From a virus: 57,359 nt of DNA. Positions 9,923 to 18,670 of the stretch are shown here, in pieces; the first letter of the stretch is position 1, and the number at the start of each line of letters is the position of its first letter. A model generated the notes under the pieces. It was not told the origin of the DNA. It worked only from the letters and a program-made list of their open reading frames with translations, and ran no database searches. The position numbers were made by a program, and so were the translations under genes. Location of the stretch: positions 1-57,359 of the IMG/VR virus record IMGVR_UViG_3300011429_000011, one strand, 5' to 3'.

Positions 9923-10791
9923 TGGCTGGCCTCTTTCGCAGACTTATCGTTGCTGGCGGTGGCGCTGGCGGGAGTGATGCCGGTGGCGGTGGTGGCGGCG
10001 GTTTCGTCAGCGATACGACGCTAGATCTTGCACCGGGGACTTATTCGATAGTCGTCGGTGCAAGCGTTGCGGGTGGCTCTGGTGATGGAGGAACTGGAAA
10101 TAACTCGTCTGCATTCGGATTCACATGTAACGGTGGCGGCGGCGGAAAAGGAACGAGTGGCGCGGGTCTCAATGGAGGAACAGGCGGCGGTGGTGCAGGT
10201 GATTGGGTAGTCACTGGATTTGATATCGATGAAAACGGTGGAACTGGCTCTCAAGGTGGAAACGGCGGCAAAGGTCGTCGTGTTCAAAATGGTGATCCAG
10301 CCTTTGAACGAATTCTTGGTGGCGGTGGTGGCGGAGCAGGTGCTAACGGACGGAATGCTGAACAAGACGCAACTAACGTCGGCGGCTTCGGTGGTGCTGG
10401 TATTACTTCTGACATTACCGGATCATCACTTAAATATGGCGGCGGTGGCGGCGGCTCTGGTGAAGTAAACGGTGGCGGTGGGACTGGTGGAGATGGTTCT
10501 AACGTCACTGGTGGAAATGGTGGACAGGGCTCTGGTGGAGGTGGTGGCGCAGCTGACGCTTCTGACGGAACTGCGAATACTGGCGGCGGTGGAGGCGGAG
10601 CACCGATCTTTGGAACCTACGGATTTAATGGTGGGAATGGCGCATCTGGTGTAGTCTACATTCGCTTCAAGAAAGGCTATGCAATCGCAACGGGTGGCTC
10701 AATTTCTACAGTTGGCAGCGATTGGCTTCATACATTCACGAGCAGTGCTAACTTCGTTGTTACAAGTATCGGTGGTGGATTTTTCTGGTAA
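9922..10791 (+). CDS. glycine-rich tail fibre-like protein
   Basis: 289 aa, >40% Gly in GGxGG/GNGG repeats, with a C-terminal beta-rich end (GVVYIRF). TAATG overlap with the upstream gene. The DNA shows GGCGGTGG tracts. Confidence 0.5.
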   Translation: MAGLFRRLIVAGGGAGGSDAGGGGGGGFVSDTTLDLAPGTYSIVVGASVAGGSGDGGTGNNSSAFGFTCNGGGGGKGTSGAGLNGGTGGGGAGDWVVTGFDIDENGGTGSQGGNGGKGRRVQNGDPAFERILGGGGGGAGANGRNAEQDATNVGGFGGAGITSDITGSSLKYGGGGGGSGEVNGGGGTGGDGSNVTGGNGGQGSGGGGGAADASDGTANTGGGGGGAPIFGTYGFNGGNGASGVVYIRFKKGYAIATGGSISTVGSDWLHTFTSSANFVVTSIGGGFFW

Positions 10792-10800
10792 GGAGCTCAG

Positions 10801-12330
10801 ATGAGATATGTTTATTTTCTGACACCAAAAGAACTGGGAGTTATCGGACGTATGCGCCTACGTAGCGATAACGGTGAAATCATGGAAGCAGTTCACGATA
10901 CAGTTGCTGATCTTCCAGCGCTCGTCGTCACAATTCCAGACAGTGTCCCGAATGGAGTTGGTTGCACCCGTTATCTCGAAGCCGATGGTTATATTGCTCG
11001 AGAGGAACATGGAATCCTACGTCTCACGAGCATCAATCCAGTCACTAATTCAGTCGCATTCGAAAGCGATATGGGAACATTGGAAAAGGCGGGTAGCCGC
11101 CCTTTCGTACGTAGCGGCATCGTCCGTGCGGCGGGCCGCTCATTTCAAGATAACGAAGGATTTTTCTATCCGCTCGGTGAAACTCTGTTCTGGGCACCGA
11201 GGGGTTGGAAATTCGAGAATGACCGAATAAAGAAGAATATCGAATGGGCTGCAAGCTATCAGGTTGACGCCAATCGAATTCTCTGCGCGGTAGGCTGGCC
11301 GGGAAATGAAAATGATCCAACATGGCCGGACTATCAGCAAGTTCTCGCGGAGCTCATTGATTGGACGTATGACCAGTGTGGTATGCGGACTATTGCTACT
11401 ATCTGGGGTGGCGGTCATTGGGACCCTCTTCATACTACGGATCTTGTATGTAATGTTATCCGAGACCGTAAGCATAAGATACTCTATGCTGAAGCGGTTA
11501 ATGAGTCGTTTAATAACCTTCCGGATGTAGGCATAGTCCGGGAGATGTCAAGGCGACTCATGGCAACTGGCGTGCTCACAGTTTCGTCTTGCTTGAATCC
11601 TCCGACTATGGAGCAGTATAACGAACTTGCGCTTGGCTGCTCCAATATGACAACTGTCCATCTTGACCGCAGCTACGGAGATCTGGACTGGCGCTTCGTC
11701 CGTCAACCTTGGGATGTCAAGCAATTCCCCGGACCATGTTCGCAAGGCGAGCCAAAAGGTCCCGGTTCCAGTGTGTCCCCGTCCTCGAACCCACTCCAGC
11801 TGGCTCACGACCGACTTGTCGGGATCATATGTGGTGCAGGTTCCTATGTTATTCACAATGCAGCAGGCGTCTACGGTATCCCGAACAATAACGCTGGAGG
11901 TGGACACCGCACTGCGAATCTCTGGGAAATGCCTGGCATCGATGCAGTCATGCGTGTTGTCCGAAAAGCTGATTCAATTCTCCCGATTGGAGTAGAGGGC
12001 TGGCGTAAAGCGAATGATGGTTGGCGTCCGCCACTACAGCAACATCCACTACCCTCGCAAGAGTTCTGGGAAGGCGATTCCATTAATCCAAACGAACGTG
12101 GAGTCAACAAGAACTACTGTGCAATCGAAGGAGCGCATTTCGTCTGCACTCCAGCAGGCATCAAGAACATGGCGCATCTTCGTGCGACATGGCCTTGCAC
12201 GGTAAGGGTTTACGATACAGAACTCGCAGAATTAGTTATCGAAACAGATCTCGACTCCGGTGAAGACCTTTTGCTCCCCGGTGTGATGAATTCGATGCGC
12301 GCGTATACGGTCGTCGGAGACATCCACTAA
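10801..12330 (+). CDS. glycoside hydrolase-like (clan GH-A TIM-barrel) protein; tail depolymerase or endolysin candidate
   Basis: 509 aa, RBS AAGGAG. The motif …YAEAVNESFNN… resembles the NE(P) acid/base motif of GH5-type enzymes. It sits immediately upstream of the holin. Confidence 0.45.
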   Translation: MRYVYFLTPKELGVIGRMRLRSDNGEIMEAVHDTVADLPALVVTIPDSVPNGVGCTRYLEADGYIAREEHGILRLTSINPVTNSVAFESDMGTLEKAGSRPFVRSGIVRAAGRSFQDNEGFFYPLGETLFWAPRGWKFENDRIKKNIEWAASYQVDANRILCAVGWPGNENDPTWPDYQQVLAELIDWTYDQCGMRTIATIWGGGHWDPLHTTDLVCNVIRDRKHKILYAEAVNESFNNLPDVGIVREMSRRLMATGVLTVSSCLNPPTMEQYNELALGCSNMTTVHLDRSYGDLDWRFVRQPWDVKQFPGPCSQGEPKGPGSSVSPSSNPLQLAHDRLVGIICGAGSYVIHNAAGVYGIPNNNAGGGHRTANLWEMPGIDAVMRVVRKADSILPIGVEGWRKANDGWRPPLQQHPLPSQEFWEGDSINPNERGVNKNYCAIEGAHFVCTPAGIKNMAHLRATWPCTVRVYDTELAELVIETDLDSGEDLLLPGVMNSMRAYTVVGDIH

Positions 12331-12341
12331 GGAGGTGACTA

Positions 12342-12608
12342 TTGAGGACTTTCACCGGATACGTAGTATTCTTTGCCGCCCTAGGAATGATGTGTGGTCT
12401 CGCGGGTAACGAGATCACAAAGCTTCAATCCTGGAATGCGATTTATACTCCTGAATTTGTGGGGAAGATCCTCCTTGAGATTTCTACGGTTATCGCAACA
12501 TTTCTCGGCGGTAAATTGATTCCAACACAAAGCGATCGTCGTGAAGTTTGGAGTGAAGAAGAACGGAAACGTCGTCTCAAATACAGACATCAGGGAGGAT
12601 GGAAATGA
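12342..12608 (+). CDS. holin (class II-like, two TMDs)
   Basis: 88 aa starting at TTG, 5 nt after GGAGGT. Two hydrophobic helices (VVFFAALGMMCGLAG; ILLEISTVIATFLGG) are followed by a highly charged C-terminus (SDRREVWSEEERKRRLKYRHQ). Confidence 0.6.
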   Translation: MRTFTGYVVFFAALGMMCGLAGNEITKLQSWNAIYTPEFVGKILLEISTVIATFLGGKLIPTQSDRREVWSEEERKRRLKYRHQGGWK

Positions 12609-13024
12609 CGCAGTTGCTGTGCTTCAGTCGGAAACAGAATGCGATTCTGGGATTGATTTTCATCACGACCCTCGTGATGAGTTTCGGGATCGCAGCATGT
12701 TCGTCGAACGTGCCGCCGAATCTCTCGCCGCAAGCAAAGATCGCATATGTCAACACGCAGGTAATCAAGTCTCTCGACCTGCTGCGCGACATCACGATTT
12801 CGGCGAATGAGCAGACTCCACCGCTCGTATCTACGGAAGACACGAGGAAGGTTGTGCTCTATCATCAATCGGCCATCAAGACAATCATGGCGATGCCAGC
12901 CGGTTGGAAAACTACAGTTACGACGGGACTCGACGAAACCATCAAGAACCTGTCCGAGAATACGCAGAAACTCCTCTCGCCATATATCGCACTGGCGAAG
13001 ACGATTCTTGCGCAGATTCCGTAG
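12599..13024 (+). CDS. lipoprotein (lysis-associated?)
   Basis: Signal peptide with lipobox I-A-A-C (…LVMSFGIAAC|SS). It overlaps the holin stop by 10 nt. Confidence 0.55.
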   Translation: MEMTQLLCFSRKQNAILGLIFITTLVMSFGIAACSSNVPPNLSPQAKIAYVNTQVIKSLDLLRDITISANEQTPPLVSTEDTRKVVLYHQSAIKTIMAMPAGWKTTVTTGLDETIKNLSENTQKLLSPYIALAKTILAQIP

Positions 13025-13054
13025 TCAACTGGACATCAAGCTGAGGAGATTGAC

Positions 13055-13249
13055 ATGAATCCACTACTCGTGAACATCGCGATTCAGCTCCTTCCGCAAG
13101 CCATCAAGCTTGCGAAGGAATTGTTCAAGAGAAACAATCCGGATCTTCCGCAACCATCCGATGAGGAAGTGATCTCTGCATATCAAGTGGCGGGCGCTTC
13201 GTCGTTGGCAAAAGACGAGGCTTGGCTCGCGGCGCATCCGCAGAGCTAG
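13055..13249 (+). CDS. hypothetical small protein, last gene of the + late block
   Basis: RBS GAGGAG; 64 aa with an amphipathic N-terminus. Confidence 0.45.
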   Translation: MNPLLVNIAIQLLPQAIKLAKELFKRNNPDLPQPSDEEVISAYQVAGASSLAKDEAWLAAHPQS

Positions 13250-13260
13250 GCTGACAATTA

Positions 13261-13348
13261 GGTGAGGGTCGCGCAATTCGAGATCGTTGCTGGGAACAGA
13301 GGCTGCCCCGGCCTCTGGCACTCGATGCTCGGACTCGCGGCCCTCACC
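13261..13348. terminator. convergent-transcription terminator structure
   Basis: Inner 7-bp hairpin CAGAGGC-tgccccg-GCCTCTG (13297-13317). It is flanked by outer inverted repeats GGTGAGGGTCGCG (13261-13273) and CGCGGCCCTCACC (13336-13348). It lies exactly between the converging + and - gene blocks. There is no clear U-tract. Confidence 0.4.
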
Positions 13349-13590
13349 TAAAATGGCTCCTTGCTCGGATCTTCCTTCACTTCAAATACCTGCGCAATCC
13401 ACTGGCCAGTCGTACCAATCACCTCAAATACAGTATACGACTGTTTTGGAACTTCACCGAATTCCATGTAGAAATTCGCGAGTGCTGAGGCAATCGCATA
13501 ATTGACTGTAATTGCACGACCCTCGGCATAACGCAATCCGCCGGGCCGAAAGACCTTGACGTGCTGTGAACGATTCTTGAATATCGGCAT
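13348..13590 (-). CDS. hypothetical protein
   Basis: 80-aa ORF at the 3' end of the - strand block. Confidence 0.45.
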   Translation of the reverse strand: MPIFKNRSQHVKVFRPGGLRYAEGRAITVNYAIASALANFYMEFGEVPKQSYTVFEVIGTTGQWIAQVFEVKEDPSKEPF

Positions 13591-13814
13591 TACTTCACCT
13601 CTTCAACACGGTCTGCACGAAATGCGACACAGGCACGTTCGCGAGAATTGCTCCCCGGCACACCGTTCATCTGGACAAGATAGACCGGATGCATGACTCC
13701 ACCATCACCACTGAAATTCTCGCTGTGCGGCCAGCAAATCGCACCGTAACCTACGATGGTGCCGTGCTCTTTATCGTTCCATGTCGTTCTGATATGTGTG
13801 CCAATCGGAAACAT
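13590..13814 (-). CDS. hypothetical protein
   Basis: 74-aa ORF, tightly packed (ATGA-type overlaps). Confidence 0.45.
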   Translation of the reverse strand: MFPIGTHIRTTWNDKEHGTIVGYGAICWPHSENFSGDGGVMHPVYLVQMNGVPGSNSRERACVAFRADRVEEVK

Positions 13815-14668
13815 TATTCATCCTCCCATCGATCCCATCGCGGATGCCGGTAGTTACCGTCCGGCGTTCGTTCCTGATATTCGATACACAGCCGACGGCC
13901 CACTTCAGGGTGAACTTGTGTCTGGCTATGCAGCTTCGCAAGGCGAAGACACTCTGCGTCATTCTTGGTCTTCACCGCGGTTTCGTTTCCTTCGTCATCA
14001 CGCAGCAGAACAATCGCACAAGGCCCACGATCAATGATCAGACCTTTCGTGGCTACAAATCCGGTCACTGTTAGCGTCGCATGCTGAAGTTTTTTGATCT
14101 TGAGCCACGTCTTCGGCCGCTTCCCAATCTGATAGATTGAATCGCGCTGCTTGAGAATCAATCCCTCACCATCGCGCGCCCAGACTGCATCTCGAAGTGC
14201 GTAGATTTCGTCCCAGGTATTAACTTGTGTGGAGGCCGCGATACAGACTGAATTGTAAAGCCCGTATTTCTCTGCAAGATGTAATAATCCTAGACGTCGA
14301 AGATCGTAGCTTAAATCAGGCTGTGCAAAGGAAGGCGGGTGTGGTATGTCGAAGATCACGAAAATCATTTCGGATTGGTTCTTGATTTCCGTTGTGCCGT
14401 AGGAACGTTTACCGGGTACGAATATCTCACCGTCGTACCAACCATCTGGTAACTTTGCGAGCACTTCGAGGATGTGGGTCGGTAGTGGATGAATGATGCC
14501 ATAGCGGGACCACGGAGTGACCTTCTTATCCATGAAGAGGTCGTCGGATTTTCCCTCGACATGCGCAAGAATGCGGATCCCGTCAAACTTCTCTTCAGCC
14601 GCCCATTGATCCGGCTCAAGAATGAAATCGGACTTCAGAGGCCGGGCCATCATCAGTGGAAAGAACAT
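13814..14668 (-). CDS. ATP-dependent DNA ligase
   Basis: Motif I KFDGIR, motif III WYDGEIF, motif IV EGLILK, motif V WLKIKK. 284 aa, as in T7/Chlorella-virus-type minimal ligases. Confidence 0.85.
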   Translation of the reverse strand: MFFPLMMARPLKSDFILEPDQWAAEEKFDGIRILAHVEGKSDDLFMDKKVTPWSRYGIIHPLPTHILEVLAKLPDGWYDGEIFVPGKRSYGTTEIKNQSEMIFVIFDIPHPPSFAQPDLSYDLRRLGLLHLAEKYGLYNSVCIAASTQVNTWDEIYALRDAVWARDGEGLILKQRDSIYQIGKRPKTWLKIKKLQHATLTVTGFVATKGLIIDRGPCAIVLLRDDEGNETAVKTKNDAECLRLAKLHSQTQVHPEVGRRLCIEYQERTPDGNYRHPRWDRWEDE

Positions 14669-15018
14669 TACTGACCTCGTTCGTCTGTAAGCGCCTGTTG
14701 CAATGGAGTGAGTGGCTTACTAGGCCGATACTGTCTGCATTTGTCACGATTGTTCAACGGATGCTGCTGCGCAATTTCACCGCAGATGCAGACTGGCCAT
14801 CTTTTGTCTCGGTCTGTGAATAATGCGTAGATTGCATCTTGACGTTGTTCCGATAATGTGTTACGAATCTCTAGTGTCGTAACGAATTCCCAGCCTGCAT
14901 CGGGTATAACGTCGCTGTAGTGCTCCGCCTCTCTTCTTGTCTCGTAGATCTTGCTAAGATGCAAGAGCGCCTTATCACCTAGCGCCCCACGACGTGTGAA
15001 AAGGTTTGCATATTTCAT
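14668..15018 (-). CDS. hypothetical protein (leaderless start at 15018)
   Basis: An ATG at 15018 lies 6 nt downstream of the -10 of promoter P1. The longer track ORF (to 15075) would contain the promoter. Confidence 0.45.
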   Translation of the reverse strand: MKYANLFTRRGALGDKALLHLSKIYETRREAEHYSDVIPDAGWEFVTTLEIRNTLSEQRQDAIYALFTDRDKRWPVCICGEIAQQHPLNNRDKCRQYRPSKPLTPLQQALTDERGQ

Positions 15019-15024
15019 GCCAGT

Positions 15025-15053
15025 AATATACCACAGTTTAAAACTGATTACAA
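15025..15053 (-). promoter_or_regulatory. conserved phage promoter P1 (TTGTAA-17-TATATT with CAGTTTTAAACTG spacer, TGn extended -10)
   Basis: Read on the - strand: TTGTAA tcagttttaaactgtgg TATATT. This is one of 11 near-identical copies. Confidence 0.6.
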
Positions 15054-15383
15054 GTCCGCAAATATCCGAGACCATGCATCGGCTGCAAACTTTAAGTTAA
15101 GCTGTTCGAGGAAGATTGCTGAAACACGCCAGCCTAGACGCTTCAGCTTTGCATGATTCTTTTCCGCGAGTTTCTGTTTGCGCGAATTGGGTCGCTGAAT
15201 CTCAACTATTCGCTTGGTTCGGGGATTTGCATAGTAGGCAATATATCGAGAACCCGCTTGGTCAAGGATAATCGTATATTGAGCTCTATAGCCTTTTGCC
15301 TCTAATTCAAGTTCATATTGACGGGGCAGGGTAGTGCTTACCAGTACCAATGAACGCGGACCTTTTGAACCTTGCTCTGCCAT
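15048..15383 (-). CDS. hypothetical protein
   Basis: 111-aa ORF, basic. Confidence 0.45.
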   Translation of the reverse strand: MAEQGSKGPRSLVLVSTTLPRQYELELEAKGYRAQYTIILDQAGSRYIAYYANPRTKRIVEIQRPNSRKQKLAEKNHAKLKRLGWRVSAIFLEQLNLKFAADAWSRIFADL

Positions 15384-15511
15384 GCGTTAAACCCTTTGTT
15401 TACAACAAGTTACAAGCTCGGCGTTCCACGTTGCCCTGTATTGGCGAAAAACGCTCCCCATGCTAGGGTATTAGGGGCAAGGTCAAAATGCCGCCTACGG
15501 CCTCCCAGGTG

Positions 15512-15541
15512 GGTCAAAATACCGCGCATTTGGCGCGTTTT
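15512..15541. terminator. bidirectional rho-independent terminator hairpin
   Basis: CCGCGC-atttg-GCGCGTTTT is followed by a T-run on the + strand. Preceding CAAAAT gives a T-run on the - strand. It lies between the 15570 gene end and the 15383 gene start. Confidence 0.45.
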
Positions 15542-15569
15542 GGCAGCTTTGCGCATGGAGTGGGTGAAA

Positions 15570-15971
15570 CTACTTCCGAACAGCCTTTTCGCGAGCCGCG
15601 GCGTTGAGTTTATCCCATTCGCCGCTGTCCATTTGTCTCTTGATGTATTCGTAGGCTGTGCGCTGATACCAACCGCCATCGCCACCGTTGATCGAACCGG
15701 GGAATGTGTCAGAGTCCTCGTGGCCCAAGAGCCACTTCCAGGCGATATAATGCGCCGTGGCCCGACAAACCGAGAGTCCACGTTCGTTCTCGATCTTCTC
15801 GAGCCAGAATGCCATATATTCCTTGGCAGTAAGGTCAATCGCTTCCAGAGGCATGACTTGCATTGCCTTTGCGACTTCAGTTTCTTCTGCAGTTAGATCT
15901 GCTTTGAGGAAAGGCTTGAGATGCTCGTAGTCGAGGCAGTTCAGATATTCCCCAGCTTCGAAGCCAAACAT
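15570..15971 (-). CDS. hypothetical protein (start at ATG 15971, 4 nt after upstream stop)
   Basis: The track ORF 15570..16058 is trimmed to an internal ATG to avoid an 85-nt overlap. Confidence 0.4.
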   Translation of the reverse strand: MFGFEAGEYLNCLDYEHLKPFLKADLTAEETEVAKAMQVMPLEAIDLTAKEYMAFWLEKIENERGLSVCRATAHYIAWKWLLGHEDSDTFPGSINGGDGGWYQRTAYEYIKRQMDSGEWDKLNAAAREKAVRK

Positions 15972-15972
15972 A

Positions 15973-16461
15973 TCATGTTCTTTTCTTTCCTGAGCGCGTG
16001 CGACGATTTCTTCTTGTATTCTTATGACGATTGCGGTTTCTGGCATGTGGCCTCTCATGGATCGGTTGCATTGTTATTCGACAACTGATGATACCAAGAT
16101 CTATTCGTTCCTCGAGTTTGATCACTGTACCAAAATGATCACTATTCGGAATTGGAATTACTTTGCCGCTGAACAGTGCATTGTGCATCTTCCTGATAAA
16201 ATTCTGCTCCGCGGTCAGAATGATGACATCTTTTGACTTTCTACATGGGGCCATATCGGTATCGTGACATTCACATTCCGGCGGACAGGTGCAAACCGCC
16301 GGAACTTCATTGGCATGATTGCAAAGCATCAGAGAGCGTTTCGGTCGAGTCTCTCGCTTTAAGGCTTCTGCGACAGCTTGCTGTATGTCATATAAAAATT
16401 TTGGACGTAGTCGCTGTAAAGCCTCATCTAAGAGCCTAACTTCACGTAATTTGATTTTCAT
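15973..16461 (-). CDS. hypothetical Cys-rich protein (CTCPPECECH)
   Basis: 162 aa, RBS GGGAGG. Possible zinc-binding motif. Arg-rich C-terminus. Confidence 0.5.
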   Translation of the reverse strand: MKIKLREVRLLDEALQRLRPKFLYDIQQAVAEALKRETRPKRSLMLCNHANEVPAVCTCPPECECHDTDMAPCRKSKDVIILTAEQNFIRKMHNALFSGKVIPIPNSDHFGTVIKLEERIDLGIISCRITMQPIHERPHARNRNRHKNTRRNRRTRSGKKRT

Positions 16462-16891
16462 TGGGTGGACCTCCCAGGAATTGAACCCGGCATATTGATT
16501 TCGTTGCGCCTCCGGCTCCTAGGACCTCGGGCCTGACGAGAATCATGGCTACGCTTTCCAGCTTGGGCAAGGTCCATAAATTTGCACCCGGTTCGTGGGG
16601 ATAGGACGAACCGGGAAGACCCAACTCTCTTTTCTGGAATCGGTAGAAGAGAGCGGAACCGACCTCACTTGGGACGGGTAGGAAGGGCACCCTCTGCGCA
16701 GCTCAAACTCGACCCGGATCTTTTTCGTATACGAGGGAAGATCCGGGAAAACCTCACAACCTATGAGCGTCCTTAGTTCTCTGCCCGAATAGCTTAGTGC
16801 CACGATCTGAACCGCGTTTTGTTGCCGGATGGATCACGGTCACCGGACGTTCTGGCCTCGGGCTTAGCGAGCCTTACTCACAGGTCGATCT
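16462..16891 (-). other. 430-bp region with no convincing CDS, rich in stable hairpins; possible leader/ncRNA
   Basis: The only ORFs are low-complexity and overlap each other. A 9-bp perfect hairpin CCCGGTTCG-n11-CGAACCGGG sits at 16586-16614, with other GC-rich inverted repeats. Confidence 0.3.
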
Positions 16892-17320
16892 CTACGCACG
16901 CCGTGAATTCAGAACAGCGTTCAGCCCATCGCGGATCTGCTCACTTTCTTTCAGTTTTCCCATCAGCTCTCCGCGTGTATCATCGATGTGATTGATCTCA
17001 AAACGTAGCATCGATTCAATTCCATTCTGCGCGTTGAGCTGCCGTCGAATCTCGATATTGCTGCGATCGTTCCAACGCTGGATGGTTGTCTCAGTAAGAA
17101 TCGGCTTGACGTTACGTGCCGCCTCTTGCTTCGCCATTTCTTCCACTTCGTGATCGATCCCAGCGAGATGCTCTTGATAGAGTGAGTCAGCCTCTTTCGC
17201 TGCCTTTGCTTTCTTCCGTTCGCGCTCTGCTCGCACCGCAGCGATTTTCGCTGCATTGCGCTTCCGAGTTCGTGTCGCCTTGCGCTTCATTGCAGGCGTC
17301 CAATGTGTCCCCTTAGTCAT
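16892..17320 (-). CDS. hypothetical basic coiled-coil protein
   Basis: 142 aa, RBS AGGAG. The N-terminus is Lys/Arg-rich. Confidence 0.5.
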   Translation of the reverse strand: MTKGTHWTPAMKRKATRTRKRNAAKIAAVRAERERKKAKAAKEADSLYQEHLAGIDHEVEEMAKQEAARNVKPILTETTIQRWNDRSNIEIRRQLNAQNGIESMLRFEINHIDDTRGELMGKLKESEQIRDGLNAVLNSRRA

Positions 17321-17601
17321 GATCTGCTCCTATAAGGTTCGGGGCCACGCAACCCATGGATTGCGTGACCCCTGCGCCGTGACGTTCGCCGACCGTCGGA
17401 TCAACCGACGGCTACCGGCAACTTTCACGGACGGTTACGAACGCCAGTGGCTCGCCGAGGAATTTTGGTTGGCATACTAGGGCAGTTCAGGGTCCCACTG
17501 AAGGGAATATCTACCGTTATTGCGTCGCCCCTCTTCCCAGTAGTGTCTGCGGTGATTATCTCACCGACTAGGGCTACCGACAACGAGCCACTGGCGAATT
17601 G

Positions 17602-18402
17602 TTACATCCCCTGAACGTTACCCGTCTGCGCGGCGACACTTTCACGTTCGAGCACTTCCGCGTCGAACGTATCCGCATCCGCCGGGAGCTCTTCCTCGAA
17701 CTTGATCGCTTTGTCGGCGACCGCTGCGAACGTTTTCTTCGCGTAATCGAGGAGTTCGCCACTGGCGAAGCCGGCGTTCTTGACCTGCGGGATTGCGAAT
17801 CGCCCCTTTGCGTTCTTCGTCATGATCGTACTGAGCGCGTAAACGCCGGTGAACACCGCCGTTCCGCGCATGGCGATCAACGCATTGAGCTGACGTGCAA
17901 TCTTCAGGCCGGTGCCCTTGAAGGAGACGGAAACGATTTCCCGTGAGGGGAGGAGCATGATCACGAAATCGTAGAACTTCGTCGCGATCGGTGGCTTGCC
18001 GTCAGCCTGGAATGCGGTCCGCGGATCGTTGGCCGGGACGTTGGGATCTTTCACGCCACCGCCAAGTTCACGTGGAACGAACTCCACCCAACGCGGTCGA
18101 TCCGAACGAACGATGATGAACGGCACCGGGCCGTTGCCATAGATCTGCTTCGTGAGGTTGTTGAACATATTGCCTTCAATCAACCCCTCAATGAACTTCG
18201 GGTCGCTCTCATCGCGTTCCGGGCTGAGCGACTGCGCGATGCCGAGTCGCGGCATCTGCATGTCGTCGCGTGTGATGTTCTCGGTGCCGGTGCGGTCTCC
18301 CACCTTGACTTCATCAGGGCGCTCCGCCACAACACCTTCGATCTTCATCAGATCGTTTGGCCCGGTCGTTGCCAATGCGTTCTTGTTCTGCTTTTCAGCC
18401 AT
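17602..18402 (-). CDS. hypothetical protein (GC-rich gene)
   Basis: 266-aa ORF. No confident motif. Confidence 0.5.
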   Translation of the reverse strand: MAEKQNKNALATTGPNDLMKIEGVVAERPDEVKVGDRTGTENITRDDMQMPRLGIAQSLSPERDESDPKFIEGLIEGNMFNNLTKQIYGNGPVPFIIVRSDRPRWVEFVPRELGGGVKDPNVPANDPRTAFQADGKPPIATKFYDFVIMLLPSREIVSVSFKGTGLKIARQLNALIAMRGTAVFTGVYALSTIMTKNAKGRFAIPQVKNAGFASGELLDYAKKTFAAVADKAIKFEEELPADADTFDAEVLERESVAAQTGNVQGM

Positions 18403-18463
18403 TCGTTACTCCGTGTTTGAGGATCTTCCTAACGATAGACCTCTGAGACCCTAAAGCAGTGGT

Positions 18464-18670
18464 CTATTCTCCTGGATACCGTCCACGCGCTCGGCCGCAC
18501 ATTTCACACGTCATAGTAAGACGGGAGAGCGTCTCACCCGGCCACACTGTCTCAGACCTCCTTTCACGTCGATGCTCACAGATCGCAGGATTTTCCTGAA
18601 CTTCTGAGCGTTCTATGACATCAAACAAATTTTCGCCTTTCGAACCGGGGCGCTGGATACTGCGAGGCAA
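18464..18670 (-). CDS. hypothetical small Cys-containing protein
   Basis: 68-aa ORF. It overlaps the next ORF by 50 nt, so it is questionable. Confidence 0.3.
   Translation of the reverse strand: MPRSIQRPGSKGENLFDVIERSEVQENPAICEHRRERRSETVWPGETLSRLTMTCEMCGRARGRYPGE

Noticed and set aside
9922-10791. Repetitive GGCGGTGG DNA tracts that might resemble a repeat array/CRISPR
   Set aside because: The repeats are irregular, lie in frame within a continuous Gly-rich ORF, and lack spacer-repeat periodicity. They are coding low complexity, not a CRISPR.
12807-13058. 83-aa Arg-rich ORF overlapping the lipoprotein gene
   Set aside because: Alternative frame of 12599..13024. It lacks an RBS and has extreme basic composition.
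15372-15896. 174-aa + strand ORF, with the overlapping - strand ORF 15410..15838
   Set aside because: They span an intergenic terminator and are antisense to, or frame-shifted against, the better-supported gene 15570..15971. No RBS.
16455-16495. tRNA-like T-loop/acceptor-like sequence (GCCGGGTTCAATTCCTGGGAGGTCCACCCA) on the - strand
   Set aside because: No matching 5' acceptor strand or D/anticodon arms could be found. The GGGAGGTCCACCCAATG segment is the RBS, spacer and start of the 15973..16461 gene. Not called as tRNA; flagged for tRNAscan.
17602-18402. Possible RecT/Erf-type single-strand annealing protein assignment for the 266-aa protein
   Set aside because: I could not find the characteristic motifs by eye. 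Left as hypothetical; needs HHpred.
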